64,000 nucleotides of DNA from an uncultured Ectothiorhodospiraceae bacterium. Its GTDB lineage: Bacteria; Pseudomonadota; Gammaproteobacteria; JAABTG01. The notes under the pieces were generated by a model. The model saw only the letters and a program-made list of their open reading frames with translations. It did not search any database and was not told the DNA's origin. The position numbers were made by a program, and so were the translations under genes. Shown piece after piece: positions 39,870-49,025 of the stretch (the first letter of the stretch is position 1; every line of letters starts with the position of its first letter). Location of the stretch: positions 55,468-119,467 of the forward strand of contig CAYTPQ010000003.1 in NCBI GenBank assembly GCA_964439835.1, given 5' to 3'.

Positions 39870-39936
39870 CCGCAGAGGCGCAAAGGCGCAGAGAGGATTG
39901 GTGGGATCGATGCTTCTCGGCGTCTGCGTGTCTCGG
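39870..39936. repeat. Family B hairpin element, degenerate copy 3, between the two nrdD pieces
   Basis: ccgcagaggcgcaaaggcgcagagagg...ctcggcgtctgcgtgtctcgg. The left arm matches copies 1 and 2, and the right arm is decayed. Confidence 0.5.
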
Positions 39937-39974
39937 TAGCAACCGAGTGAGAACAAGAGGAGAGGAAACTGACG

Positions 39975-40142
39975 ATGAGTGAGGGGAGAATCGAGCTGAG
40001 CGAGACCGAGCGCACCCGCTGCGAGGTGTGGACGCGGGTGATGGGCTACCACCGGCCGGTCTCCGCCTTCAATCCCGGCAAGCAGTCCGAGCACCGCGAG
40101 CGCACGCCCTTCCAGGAGCGGCGCTGTGCGGCGCTGCGGTGA
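39975..40142 (+). CDS. 55-aa ORF carrying the NrdD glycyl-radical motif, apparently the detached C-terminal module of nrdD
   Basis: It is not in the ORF track (<60 aa). Own translation: MSEGRIELSETERTRCEVWTRVMGYHRPVSAFNPGKQSEHRERTPFQERRCAALR. It matches the NrdD C-terminal glycyl-radical region (RVxGY...NxGKQxE..R). Strong SD aagaggagagg 8 nt before the ATG. Confidence 0.6.
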   Translation: MSEGRIELSETERTRCEVWTRVMGYHRPVSAFNPGKQSEHRERTPFQERRCAALR

Positions 40143-40204
40143 GGGCACCGCATCCGCAAATTCATTAGGGCCGGCTGAGAATCCCTGCACCGGGCTTCAA
40201 GCAG

Positions 40205-40305
40205 GTTTCCGGTGCGGTTTTGCGGGACCGTATGCCGCCTGGATGGCGGCATACGAGCCTACAGGGACGTATTCACGGCGCGTCCCGCGGGACCGCACCG
40301 GGAAT
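40205..40305. repeat. Family D nested-hairpin element, copy 2 (subtype 2, reverse orientation)
   Basis: Its reverse complement aligns with copy 4 (cccggtgcggtcccgcgggac.cgccgtgaatacgtccctgtaggctcg.atgccgcc...). It lies between convergent genes. Confidence 0.7.
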
Positions 40306-40346
40306 CTGCTGGCACGGTGGCGAGACCGTAGTCTTTCGCCTGCTCA

Positions 40347-41993
40347 TCAGGCGCTCCGCAGTCGGACCAAGCGGATGACGATGACGGCCGCGATCGGTAG
40401 CAGGAAGCCGATGGCCATCGCGGTGAGCATCAGGTCGCCGAGCTGCCCGTAGTCCGCGGGGACCTTCACTGCACCGGTCGCCGCGTCCTTCACCTCCCGG
40501 GTGACCACGAAGACCTGGTTCAGGTACTTCGTGCCCAGCTGGCTCGCCGACAGGGCCAGATTGGTGAAGGAGGCCATCACCGCGAAGAACGTGGCCTTCA
40601 GGCCGGCGGGGGCCGAGTTCGCGATCCAGGCGAGCATCGGCACCATCGCCACCTGCCCGAGCGGCGACTCGAGCGCAGTGTCGACCAACGCGATGAACCG
40701 GGCATCGACCACCCCACCGGTGACCGCCGCGGTCCACTCGTGGAGTCCGTGGTACATCCCGACAATCGGCAGGTACAGCACGGTGGCTGCAATCGTCAGC
40801 GTGACCACCACGTACGCGATGGACCGCTCGGCCATGAAGCGCCGGAACAGGAACAGGCCGACCAGGGTCAGACCGCTGCTGATGAGCGAGAGCACGGCCA
40901 GGAACTGCTGGTCGAAGCCGAGCTCGTCGATCATCCACCAGGTCTGGCCTGCGCCGGGCGTCGGCATGGCGCGGTAGACGAAGATCACGATCGCCGTGCC
41001 CACCAGCACCCGCCGCGCGTCCGGGTCGAGCACGCGGACCAGGCGGCCCATCAGGAACAGCACGATCGCCATCGACCCGGCGAAGATGATCTCCTGGTCG
41101 TAGGGCACGTCGCTCAACCCCAGGCCGATGGTGAACGCGACGAACGCGAGGCTGCCGCCCAGGATCCACCAGTTGGGCTCGGTGCGCTGGGGCTCGCCGT
41201 CCATCAGGAGCCGGGCCCGGGAGTCCGCGATCCCGGTGCGGCCTAGCTCGCGAAGGGCGCGGCGCCGCAGGTGGGCCGCCAGCCCGACGCCCAGCACCGA
41301 GATGACGGGGATGACGAGCGCCAGTTCGTAGATCCGGATATAGGCCGCCAGCTTGTCCGATTCGGACATCTTCGCGACCCCGTCGAACACGTACACGTTG
41401 AGGAGCGAGACCAGGACGCCACCGCCGATGATGGCGACCCGCCCCAGCGTCTGCATCGTCGTGTGCATGAGCTTGCGCGCGGCGGCGTCCACCGGCTCGC
41501 CGCGGCTGTCGACCCGGGGCACCGCCTCTACCGTCATCGCGTCGGCGACCACGTCCTGCAGGACGTAGCCGACCGGCGCCAGCAGGGCGCTCGTCACATA
41601 CCAGGCGTCCACCGGCATCACGGTAGCCATGGCAGCCGGCGCGGCCAGCAGGTTGACCATGATCAGAATGCTGGCCGCAATCAGGCCGGCCCCGAGGAAC
41701 ACCAGCAGGGCCTTGAAGCGCCAGAGCAGGTCGACCAGGTGCCCGAGGGGCATCTTCAGCGCCCAGGGGATCCCGGCCCAGAACCCGAGGGCCGCCAGGA
41801 AGGCCGCCGAGAGGCCCAGGTAGTCCTTGACGAAGAAGGTTCCGACGATGGCGGTCAGGCCGGACACCCCGGCCGCCAGGTAGACCATGAGCGGCGGCAG
41901 GTAGGACCACCGCATCTGCCGGCCGAGGTCGGCGACGTTGCGGTCCCACCAGCCCCGGAGCCCGGTTGTGTCGGTCTGCGCACCCACGATCAT
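40347..41993 (-). CDS. BT1-family (folate-biopterin transporter family) membrane transporter
   Basis: 12-TM protein with a BT1 signature near the N-terminus (FFVKDYLGLSAAFLAALGFWAGIPWALKMPLGHLVD). SD aggggag before the ATG at 41993. Confidence 0.7.
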   Translation of the reverse strand: MIVGAQTDTTGLRGWWDRNVADLGRQMRWSYLPPLMVYLAAGVSGLTAIVGTFFVKDYLGLSAAFLAALGFWAGIPWALKMPLGHLVDLLWRFKALLVFLGAGLIAASILIMVNLLAAPAAMATVMPVDAWYVTSALLAPVGYVLQDVVADAMTVEAVPRVDSRGEPVDAAARKLMHTTMQTLGRVAIIGGGVLVSLLNVYVFDGVAKMSESDKLAAYIRIYELALVIPVISVLGVGLAAHLRRRALRELGRTGIADSRARLLMDGEPQRTEPNWWILGGSLAFVAFTIGLGLSDVPYDQEIIFAGSMAIVLFLMGRLVRVLDPDARRVLVGTAIVIFVYRAMPTPGAGQTWWMIDELGFDQQFLAVLSLISSGLTLVGLFLFRRFMAERSIAYVVVTLTIAATVLYLPIVGMYHGLHEWTAAVTGGVVDARFIALVDTALESPLGQVAMVPMLAWIANSAPAGLKATFFAVMASFTNLALSASQLGTKYLNQVFVVTREVKDAATGAVKVPADYGQLGDLMLTAMAIGFLLPIAAVIVIRLVRLRSA

Positions 41994-42124
41994 CTCCCCT
42001 CCGCGCTCCTGGATCAGCCCACCGCAACCCGCGGCCAGGGCTCTGGGCGGCGGCGCCGCCACCTGCAGACCCCCGCCGGCCCATCGGAGGCAGAGCGGCC
42101 CGGGCGCACGAGTATACTGGCCGC

Positions 42125-42814
42125 ATGCTGGAAATCGGCGGCTTCACCCCGCTCACCACGATCGACTTCCCCGGCCGCCTGGCCGCCGTGGTGTTCTGCC
42201 AGGGCTGCCCCTGGCGCTGCCGCTACTGCCAGAACGCGCACCTGATCCCGGCCGCGGCCGAGGCGCCCGTGGCCTGGGAGGACGTCGTTCGTTTCCTGGA
42301 GCGCCGCGTGGGTCTGCTCGACGGGGTCGTATTCAGCGGCGGCGAGCCCACGCTGCAGGCCGGCCTCGGCGATGCCCTGCGCCAGGTCCGGACCCTCGGC
42401 CTGGCGACGGGCCTGCACACGGCCGGCCCCTACCCGGACCGCCTCGCTGCGGTGCTGCCCCTGCTCGACTGGGTGGGGCTCGACGTCAAGGCGCCCGCGT
42501 CCGCCTACGCGGCGCTGACCGCGGGCGGAGCGCCCAGCGGGGAGCGGGCCTGGGAGAGCTTGAGCCGGCTCCTGGCGAGCGGCGTCGCCTACGAGGTGCG
42601 CACGACCGTTCACCCCGACCTGCTGACGCCGGAGGACCTCCTGAGCCTGTCGCACGAGCTCGCGGCAGCGGGCGTCACGGACTACGTTCTACAGGAGTGC
42701 GTGGACGGCCACTGCCTGGACCCCACGCTCTCGCGCCCGTCGCGGATCCCGGAGGCGGTCTCCGGGCCCCTGTCACGCCTCTTTCCCCGCTTCAGCATCC
42801 GGCGCACCGCCTGA
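42125..42814 (+). CDS. nrdG: Anaerobic ribonucleotide reductase-activating protein (radical SAM)
   Basis: CQGCPWRCRYC radical-SAM cluster motif and a GGEP SAM-binding motif, at NrdG-like size. Confidence 0.85.
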   Translation: MLEIGGFTPLTTIDFPGRLAAVVFCQGCPWRCRYCQNAHLIPAAAEAPVAWEDVVRFLERRVGLLDGVVFSGGEPTLQAGLGDALRQVRTLGLATGLHTAGPYPDRLAAVLPLLDWVGLDVKAPASAYAALTAGGAPSGERAWESLSRLLASGVAYEVRTTVHPDLLTPEDLLSLSHELAAAGVTDYVLQECVDGHCLDPTLSRPSRIPEAVSGPLSRLFPRFSIRRTA

Positions 42815-42957
42815 AGCCCGCCGGCGGTCGGGACCTGCGGAGAGTCCCGGCCCGCCCTGGCAGCAGCGATTGATGTGCATCATCCTGTGGTATCGTTCTG
42901 TTTCTGTATGCTGTTGTGTTCTTGAAGACGGGTCCCAGAGGGCCCGCCGGAGTACCG

Positions 42958-44145
42958 ATGGACAGTACCGACCCGATCCAGTCCTCCTTCCCCCCCCTCA
43001 AGATCAGGGACCGCAATCTATTGCCCATCGTGCAGGGAGGCATGGGGGTCGGGATATCCGGGCACCGGCTCGCCGGGGCGGTCGCCCGGGAGGGTGCCGT
43101 CGGTACCATCGCGTCCGTGGAGCTCCGGCGCCTCCACCCCGACCTGATGGACCGGGTCGGCAAGGCGCGCGACCACGACGCGATCACCGCCACCAACCTG
43201 GAGGCCCTGGACCGGGAGATCCAGGGGGCGCGGGCCATTGCGGGGCCCGGCGGGTTCATCGCCGTGAACGTCATGAAGGCGGTCAAGCACTACGCCGACC
43301 TGGTCCGCCAGGCCTGCCGCAGCGGGGCCAATGCCATCGTGATGGGGGCCGGGCTACCCATGGACCTGCCTGAGCTGGTCGAGGGGCACGACGAGGTCGC
43401 CCTGATCCCGATCCTGTCCGAAGAACGGGGCGTGCGCGCGGTGCTGAAGAAGTGGATGCGCAAGGGCCGCCTGCCGGACGCGATCGTGATTGAGCACCCC
43501 CGGTACGCCGGCGGTCACCTGGGGGCCACGCGGATCGAGGAAGTTACCGACCCGCGCTTCGACTTCGCCCGTGTCCTGGAGGCCATCCGGGAGGTGTTCA
43601 AGGGCCTTGGTCTGGCGACCGACCGCATCCCGCTCATCCCGGCCGGCGGCATCAACGCCTTCGAGCGGGTGAAGGAGCTATTCTCCTGGGGCGCGGCGGC
43701 GGTCCAGATCGGCACGCCCTTCGCCGTAACCGTAGAGGGCGATGCCCACCCCAACTTCAAGCGGGTGCTGGCCCAGGCGGGCCCCGAGGACATCGTCACC
43801 TTCATGAGCGCGGCCGGTCTGCCCGCCCGTGCGGTCCTGACGCCCTGGCTCAAGCGCTACCTGGCCCGCGAGGAGCGGATCCGGGCGCGGGCGAACCCGG
43901 AGAAGGCCCACTGCGGACGCCAGGTCGAGTGCCTGTCGTTCTGCGGCCTGAAGGACGGGGACGGGGCCGCCGGGCAGTTCTGCATCGAGACCCAACTCGC
44001 CGCCGCCCAGCGCGGCGACGTGGAGCTGGGCCTGTTCTTCCGCGGCTCGGAGAGCCTGCCGTTCGGCGAGGAGATCCGCTCCGTGCACGACCTTCTGCGC
44101 TACCTGCTCACGGGAGTCCGGCCGGGCACAGCAGCGGCGGCGTGA
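42958..44145 (+). CDS. Nitronate monooxygenase / NAD(P)H-dependent flavin oxidoreductase (NMO/FabK-like)
   Basis: PIVQGGMGVGIS FMN-binding start motif and TIM-barrel NMO family features. Confidence 0.75.
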   Translation: MDSTDPIQSSFPPLKIRDRNLLPIVQGGMGVGISGHRLAGAVAREGAVGTIASVELRRLHPDLMDRVGKARDHDAITATNLEALDREIQGARAIAGPGGFIAVNVMKAVKHYADLVRQACRSGANAIVMGAGLPMDLPELVEGHDEVALIPILSEERGVRAVLKKWMRKGRLPDAIVIEHPRYAGGHLGATRIEEVTDPRFDFARVLEAIREVFKGLGLATDRIPLIPAGGINAFERVKELFSWGAAAVQIGTPFAVTVEGDAHPNFKRVLAQAGPEDIVTFMSAAGLPARAVLTPWLKRYLAREERIRARANPEKAHCGRQVECLSFCGLKDGDGAAGQFCIETQLAAAQRGDVELGLFFRGSESLPFGEEIRSVHDLLRYLLTGVRPGTAAAA

Positions 44146-44152
44146 GGCGCAG

Positions 44153-45052
44153 TCAGGTCCCTGCGATCCGGTCGTAGTAGCGCCCGCGGTAGAGGAGCCG
44201 GCGGCGCGCCGGATCGGGGTCGTCGGTAAAGGCCGTGCGGGTGTGCAGCACGTTGTTGCACACCAGGCCCCACCCCGGCTCTAGGCGGGCCCGGAAGATC
44301 AGGGGCGAGTCCGACTCGAGCGACCTTCCCAGGAAGGCGACTGCCTCCTGCACGATCGGGTCGTCCTTCCAGACGATGTTGCGCTTGCGCCGCGTATAGC
44401 GCATGTGCAGCCGGCCGTCCGGCCGGACCTCGAACACCGGTACGCTGCGCTCGGGGCGGATCGTGCCGCCCTCGTCGGCGTTGGCCGGGATGGTCATCGC
44501 GTCCGGCGACATCAGGGCGCAGACGTAGTCGGGGTTCTCGTCCCGCAGCCAGAGGTAGGCGATCTCCTGGTCCAGCAGGGCGTTCTCCCCCCCCTCCCGC
44601 GCCGCGTGCACACAGTGCAGCATCATGCCGAGCACGGCCTGGTCGGGGGCGTTGTAGTAGCCGTCGGTGTGCCAGTCGATCGCCCGCGAGGTGTAGGGGA
44701 TGTAGCCGGTGCGCGGCCCCTCGTCGGCGACGCGCAGCGGCGTGATGGCGTCCTCGTCCGCGTTCAGATTGTGGTCCAGCCGGTGGAGGCCGAGCTGCGC
44801 CCCGGCTGAGCGCAGGATGTCGCGGTCGGCGTCGTGGCCGCAGGGGCTCGCGTAGATGGCCATGTTCGCCCGTCGGCAGCGGTCCACGAGCGCCGCGTGC
44901 TCTGCGGCCGAGAGGCGGCGCGGGTCCCGGACCTCCACCACCAGTTCCTCGAGGCGAGCCGGGTACGCGGCGAGCCGGGCATCCCGCCAGACCCGGTAGG
45001 CCCGGTCGTCGCGCAGATCGAACGGCCCGCCTTCGGCATGGGCAGTGGTCAT
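44153..45052 (-). CDS. TauD/TfdA-like Fe(II)/2-oxoglutarate-dependent dioxygenase
   Basis: H-x-D facial-triad motif (IDWHTDGYY), at TauD-family length. The substrate is unknown. Confidence 0.6.
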   Translation of the reverse strand: MTTAHAEGGPFDLRDDRAYRVWRDARLAAYPARLEELVVEVRDPRRLSAAEHAALVDRCRRANMAIYASPCGHDADRDILRSAGAQLGLHRLDHNLNADEDAITPLRVADEGPRTGYIPYTSRAIDWHTDGYYNAPDQAVLGMMLHCVHAAREGGENALLDQEIAYLWLRDENPDYVCALMSPDAMTIPANADEGGTIRPERSVPVFEVRPDGRLHMRYTRRKRNIVWKDDPIVQEAVAFLGRSLESDSPLIFRARLEPGWGLVCNNVLHTRTAFTDDPDPARRRLLYRGRYYDRIAGT

Positions 45053-45059
45053 GGTCTCC

Positions 45060-46031
45060 TCACTGGGCAGCGACGCGGACGGCGGGTCTGGCCGTCGGAC
45101 GCGACGTCCAGCCCGAGGCAGGTTGCGGCGCCGCGGGTACGCAGCGCCGGGCCAGCTCGCCCTCGATGGCGTTCAGGACGCGCCACTTGAGGGCGCACCA
45201 GTCGGGCGCCAGCAACACGGCGCGGGGCGCCGTGCCGGTCAAGCGATGGAACTCGACCCTGGGCGGCGTCGCCTCCACCAGGTCGCACGCCGTGTGTACG
45301 TACTCCTCGAGTGTGAGGGGCTGGTAGCCGCCTCGCCGCCACTCGGCCGCGAGTCGCGTGCCCCGCACCACGTGCAGGGGGTGCAGCTTGAGGCCGTCCA
45401 CCCCCAGGTCGACGACCCGCTCCAGGCTCACCCGGCTGTGCCAGGACGACTCGCCGGGCAGCCCCACGATCAGATGGGTGCAGAGGGACAGGCCGCGGGC
45501 ACGCACCGCCAGGGCCGCCGCCCGGTACTCCGCGAAGCCGTGACCCCGGTTGACCCGGCGCAGGGTCTCGTCGAAGGCGGACTGAAGACCGAGCTCCACC
45601 CAGACCTCCCGGCCTGAGTCCCGGTAGCCGGCCAGCAGATCGAGCACTGCGGCGTCGACGCAGTCCGGCCGGGTCCCCACCGCGAGACCGACCACGTCGG
45701 GCTCGGCAAGGGCCTCGCGGTAGATCCGGTCGAGGTGGTCGAGCTCGCCATAGGTGTTCGTGTAGGCCTGAAAGTACGCGATGAAGCGTCGTGCGCCCGT
45801 CCGCCGGCGGATGACCGCGCGGCCTGCCGCGATCTGGCCCGCGACAGTCAGGGGCTCGCGCCCGTTGGGGCTGAAGGAGGCGTTGTTACAGAACGTGCAG
45901 CCACCGCGTCCCCGGCTCCCATCCCGGTTCGGGCAGGTGAACCCGGCGTCGATGGCCACCTTGTGGACCCGCTCGCCATACCGACGCAGGAGGGCCTGGC
46001 CGAAGGTGTTGACGTGGTGGGCGAGCGTCAT
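45060..46031 (-). CDS. Radical SAM protein, TIGR01212/YhcC-like family
   Basis: CPNRDGSRGRGGCTFC cluster motif and an N-terminus that aligns to the YhcC start (HHVNTFGQALLRRYGERVHKVAIDAGFTC). It ends 8 nt before the dioxygenase gene. Confidence 0.8.
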   Translation of the reverse strand: MTLAHHVNTFGQALLRRYGERVHKVAIDAGFTCPNRDGSRGRGGCTFCNNASFSPNGREPLTVAGQIAAGRAVIRRRTGARRFIAYFQAYTNTYGELDHLDRIYREALAEPDVVGLAVGTRPDCVDAAVLDLLAGYRDSGREVWVELGLQSAFDETLRRVNRGHGFAEYRAAALAVRARGLSLCTHLIVGLPGESSWHSRVSLERVVDLGVDGLKLHPLHVVRGTRLAAEWRRGGYQPLTLEEYVHTACDLVEATPPRVEFHRLTGTAPRAVLLAPDWCALKWRVLNAIEGELARRCVPAAPQPASGWTSRPTARPAVRVAAQ

Positions 46032-46214
46032 AGGGAGGGGGTCTCGGTCGACCCCGGCCGGGGTCACGGTGAGCGCCACCCGGCGCACTTTCCGATTCTA
46101 GCGGTCCGGGCCCCGGTGTGCCCATTGACGGCGATCAACGCGCTCCAAACGCAAGGACCCCGCCTGGTCACCCAGGCGGGGTCCTCAACGACTACTGCTG
46201 GGCGGCGTGGCCGG

Positions 46215-46784
46215 TTACTTCATGATGACCGCGTCGACGTCGACCTCGGCACGGCGGTTCTTGGCGCGGCCTTCGGCGGTCTTGTTCGACGCCACCGGCT
46301 GCGACTCGCCGAAGCTCTTGGTGGTGACCTTGGAGGCCGGCACGCCCCTGGACACCAGGTAATCCTTAACGGTGTCCGCACGGCGCTGACCAAGCGCCAT
46401 GTTGTAGGCCTCGGTGCCGATGCTGTCCGTGTGGCCGCTCACGGTGATCATGGTCAGCTCCGCGCCCTTCATGCGGGCCAGCAGGTCATCCAGCACCTGC
46501 TTGCCGGCCGGCTTGAGCTGGTACTTGTCGAAGTCGAAGTGCGTGGCACCCTCCAGGACCGCCTTGTCCTTGTACTTCTCGGCCTTCTTCTGCTCGGCGA
46601 CCTTCTCGCACTCCGGGTAGGCATCCTTCTGGCGGTAGACGCTCTTCACACACTCGCCGAAGGTGTCCTTCGCCGGCTTGCCGTACGTGTCGTACATATA
46701 CCCCGGCTTCTCCTGCGCGGACGCAGTACCTACGGCCAGCATGGAAGCGGCCAGTACGCTGATCGCCATCAGATGTTTATGCAT
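46215..46784 (-). CDS. OmpA-family peptidoglycan-associated protein (signal peptide plus an OmpA C-like domain)
   Basis: Signal peptide MHKHLMAISVLAASMLAVGTASA. OmpA_C motifs (HTDSIGTEAYNMALGQRRADTV, ASNKTAEGRAKNRRAEV). Confidence 0.8.
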   Translation of the reverse strand: MHKHLMAISVLAASMLAVGTASAQEKPGYMYDTYGKPAKDTFGECVKSVYRQKDAYPECEKVAEQKKAEKYKDKAVLEGATHFDFDKYQLKPAGKQVLDDLLARMKGAELTMITVSGHTDSIGTEAYNMALGQRRADTVKDYLVSRGVPASKVTTKSFGESQPVASNKTAEGRAKNRRAEVDVDAVIMK

Positions 46785-46987
46785 TGGTATGCTCCGTTCC
46801 CAGATTTAGAAAACTCTCACCACCGGAAGAAGCCGTCGTCGCCTGTCAACCCGCCCACGCACGACTCCCCAGGCCCAACCCCGATTGGCGGCCTGAGGCC
46901 CCCCGACAACTCCGATAGTGTGACTACCGGCGTAAAGGATATACAGCTTCCAGCCTTCAGGCAAGCTTAGCGCTGTAAGTTAACACG
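46785..46987. promoter_or_regulatory. ~200-bp lower-GC intergenic region between the sigma-54 regulator gene 3' end and the ompA-like gene 5' end
   Basis: Reduced GC, with a TTGACA hexamer on the minus strand upstream of the ompA-like ATG. No clean sigma-54 -24/-12 element was found by eye. Confidence 0.3.
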
Positions 46988-48367
46988 TCAGGTGTCTTCA
47001 AGTCCACCCGCAGGTTTGAACAGGGCGGGGTCGAGCTGGTGACGCCGCAGCAGCTTGTAGAAGTCCGTTCGGTTCCGATCCGCCAGCCGGGCGGCGTGGC
47101 TGACATTGCCCCGGGTGATCTTGAGCAAGCGGATCAGGTACTCGCGCTCGAAGTCGGTGCGCGCCTCCTCCAGCGACGGAAACTCCGCAGGCTGCGATCG
47201 CAGGGCCCGCTGCACCAGCGTGGCGGAGATCAGCGGTGTCGTGGAGAGTGCGAAGGCCTGCTCGACGACATTCGCCAGCTGTCGGACGTTGCCGGGCCAG
47301 GGTGCCGCCACCAGCAGCTCCATGGCGTCCGGGGCGAAACCGTCGACCTGCTTGCGGCTGGTGGCCCGCAGTCGCCCCAGGAAGTGAGAGGCCAGCAGCG
47401 GGATGTCCTCCCGCCGCTGGGCGAGGGAGGGGATGTCCAGGACCACCACGTTCAGCCGGTAGTAGAGGTCTTCCCGGAAACGACCCGACCGGACCTCCTG
47501 TTCCAGGTCACGGTGAGTGGCGGAGATCACCCGCACGTCCACGGGAAATGATCGGGTGCTGCCGACGGGACGCACCTGCCGGTCCTGGAGTACCCGCAGG
47601 AGTTTGACCTGCAGCGAGGCCGGCATGTCTCCGATCTCGTCCAGGAAGATCGTCCCCCCGTGGGCGGCCTGGAACAGCCCGGGCGTGTCGCGGACCGCGC
47701 CCGTGAAGGCACCCTTGGCGTAGCCGAAGAGCTCCGACTCCATCAGGGGCTCGGGGATGGCGGCGCAATTGAAAGCGACGAAGGGGCGTTCGCGCCGCTC
47801 GCTCGCCTGGTGGATCGCCTTGGCCAGCAGCTCCTTGCCGGTCCCGCTGGCGCCGCGGATCAGGACGCTCGCGCCGCTGTCGGCCACCAGTCGGGCCTGA
47901 CACAGCAGCTCTTCCATGGCCGGGCTGCAGGTGACGACCTCGCGACGCCAGGCCTGGGCCTCGTCACAAGGGGCGGCCTCCTGCCCCGCCACGCCACTCA
48001 CCCGGACCGCGCGCTCGACCTGCTCGATCACCTCGCGCCCCTCGAAGGGCTTGGTGAGGAAGGCGAATACGCCACCACGGGTGGCTGCGACCGCGTCGGG
48101 GATGGTGCCGTGGGCAGTGAGCATGAGCACGGGCAACGCAGGGCGTCGCTGCCGGATCGCCTCGAACAGCTCCAGACCGTCCATCCCCTCCATGCGCAGG
48201 TCGGTGACAACAGCTTGGGGGCGGTCGACCTCGAGCCGGCCGAGGGCCTCCGCCCCGCTGCCGGCGCTGACCGTCTCGAAGCCGGCGGCCCGCAGCCGCA
48301 ATTCCAGCAGCTTCAGGACGTCCGGGTCGTCATCGACTAGGAGGACTCTGCCCTTGCTCCGGCTCAT
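46988..48367 (-). CDS. Sigma-54-dependent response regulator (NtrC family; GlrR/QseF-like)
   Basis: REC domain (VLLVDDDPDV...D), AAA+ sigma-54 activator domain (GESGTGKE-like GASGTGKELLAKAIH, ESELFGY) and a C-terminal Fis-type HTH. Confidence 0.85.
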   Translation of the reverse strand: MSRSKGRVLLVDDDPDVLKLLELRLRAAGFETVSAGSGAEALGRLEVDRPQAVVTDLRMEGMDGLELFEAIRQRRPALPVLMLTAHGTIPDAVAATRGGVFAFLTKPFEGREVIEQVERAVRVSGVAGQEAAPCDEAQAWRREVVTCSPAMEELLCQARLVADSGASVLIRGASGTGKELLAKAIHQASERRERPFVAFNCAAIPEPLMESELFGYAKGAFTGAVRDTPGLFQAAHGGTIFLDEIGDMPASLQVKLLRVLQDRQVRPVGSTRSFPVDVRVISATHRDLEQEVRSGRFREDLYYRLNVVVLDIPSLAQRREDIPLLASHFLGRLRATSRKQVDGFAPDAMELLVAAPWPGNVRQLANVVEQAFALSTTPLISATLVQRALRSQPAEFPSLEEARTDFEREYLIRLLKITRGNVSHAARLADRNRTDFYKLLRRHQLDPALFKPAGGLEDT

Positions 48368-49025
48368 CGGGAGGACGTACCGACACGGGGGCGCCGCGAC
48401 GCGACTCCAGGGTGCTCTCGATCTTGCGCAGCTCCTCCAGCTGGCGCTGGCGGGTTGCGGCCTCGCTTTGCTCGCGCGCGAGGGCGCGCTGCAGAGACAG
48501 CACGCGCTGCTCCAGGTCGCGGCCGTGCGCGAGTGACTGCTTCAGGTCCCGTTCGAGCCCCGCGATCCGCTGGCGCCTCTCCTTCTGGTCCTCCAGCGCC
48601 GCGTTCAGGCGGTACTCCCGATCGATTGCGGCGGACAGCAGGACCTCGAGGAGCTGGCAAAGATCGCGAACCCCGGCGTCCACCGCCTCGGACCGCTGCC
48701 CCTGCAGCAGCGTCAGGGCTCGGCGCTCGTCCTCGGCCGGGCCACCCGGCATCGCGAGCAGGAGGGCGAGCTGCATCCGGTGCGTTGGGCTAGGGTCCGC
48801 CGCGTAGGCAGCCCGGCGGCGCTCGAGCTCGCGAGCGAGCTCCGCCTTGGGGAGCCCACGCACGCGGCTGAAGTAGGCCAGCGCGTGGGCCACGTCGGCG
48901 GTGCAGACGTCGGGCGCCGGGCCGGCGGGGGACCCGGAGGACAGACCCGGCGCGGGGCCCGATACGCAGCCCCCCAGGGCGGACAGGGCCGCGAATCCAA
49001 CAAGGAGGCGAAGCGCGGGTCTCAT
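48330..49025 (-). CDS. Lipoprotein with a coiled-coil, QseG/YfhG-like, between the kinase and the regulator
   Basis: Lipobox LSALGGC and a coiled-coil C-terminal half. Its position between a 2-TM HAMP histidine kinase and a sigma-54 regulator mirrors the E. coli glrK-yfhG-glrR order. The start overlaps the kinase stop as ATGA. Confidence 0.5.
   Translation of the reverse strand: MRPALRLLVGFAALSALGGCVSGPAPGLSSGSPAGPAPDVCTADVAHALAYFSRVRGLPKAELARELERRRAAYAADPSPTHRMQLALLLAMPGGPAEDERRALTLLQGQRSEAVDAGVRDLCQLLEVLLSAAIDREYRLNAALEDQKERRQRIAGLERDLKQSLAHGRDLEQRVLSLQRALAREQSEAATRQRQLEELRKIESTLESRRGAPVSVRPPDEPEQGQSPPSR

Noticed and set aside
42815-42957. A short hairpin (gggacctgcggagagtccc) and a T-rich low-GC stretch between nrdG and the nitronate monooxygenase-like gene, as a terminator/promoter pair
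   Set aside because: The stem is only 5 bp with no U-tract, and no convincing -35/-10 could be defined. I left it unannotated.
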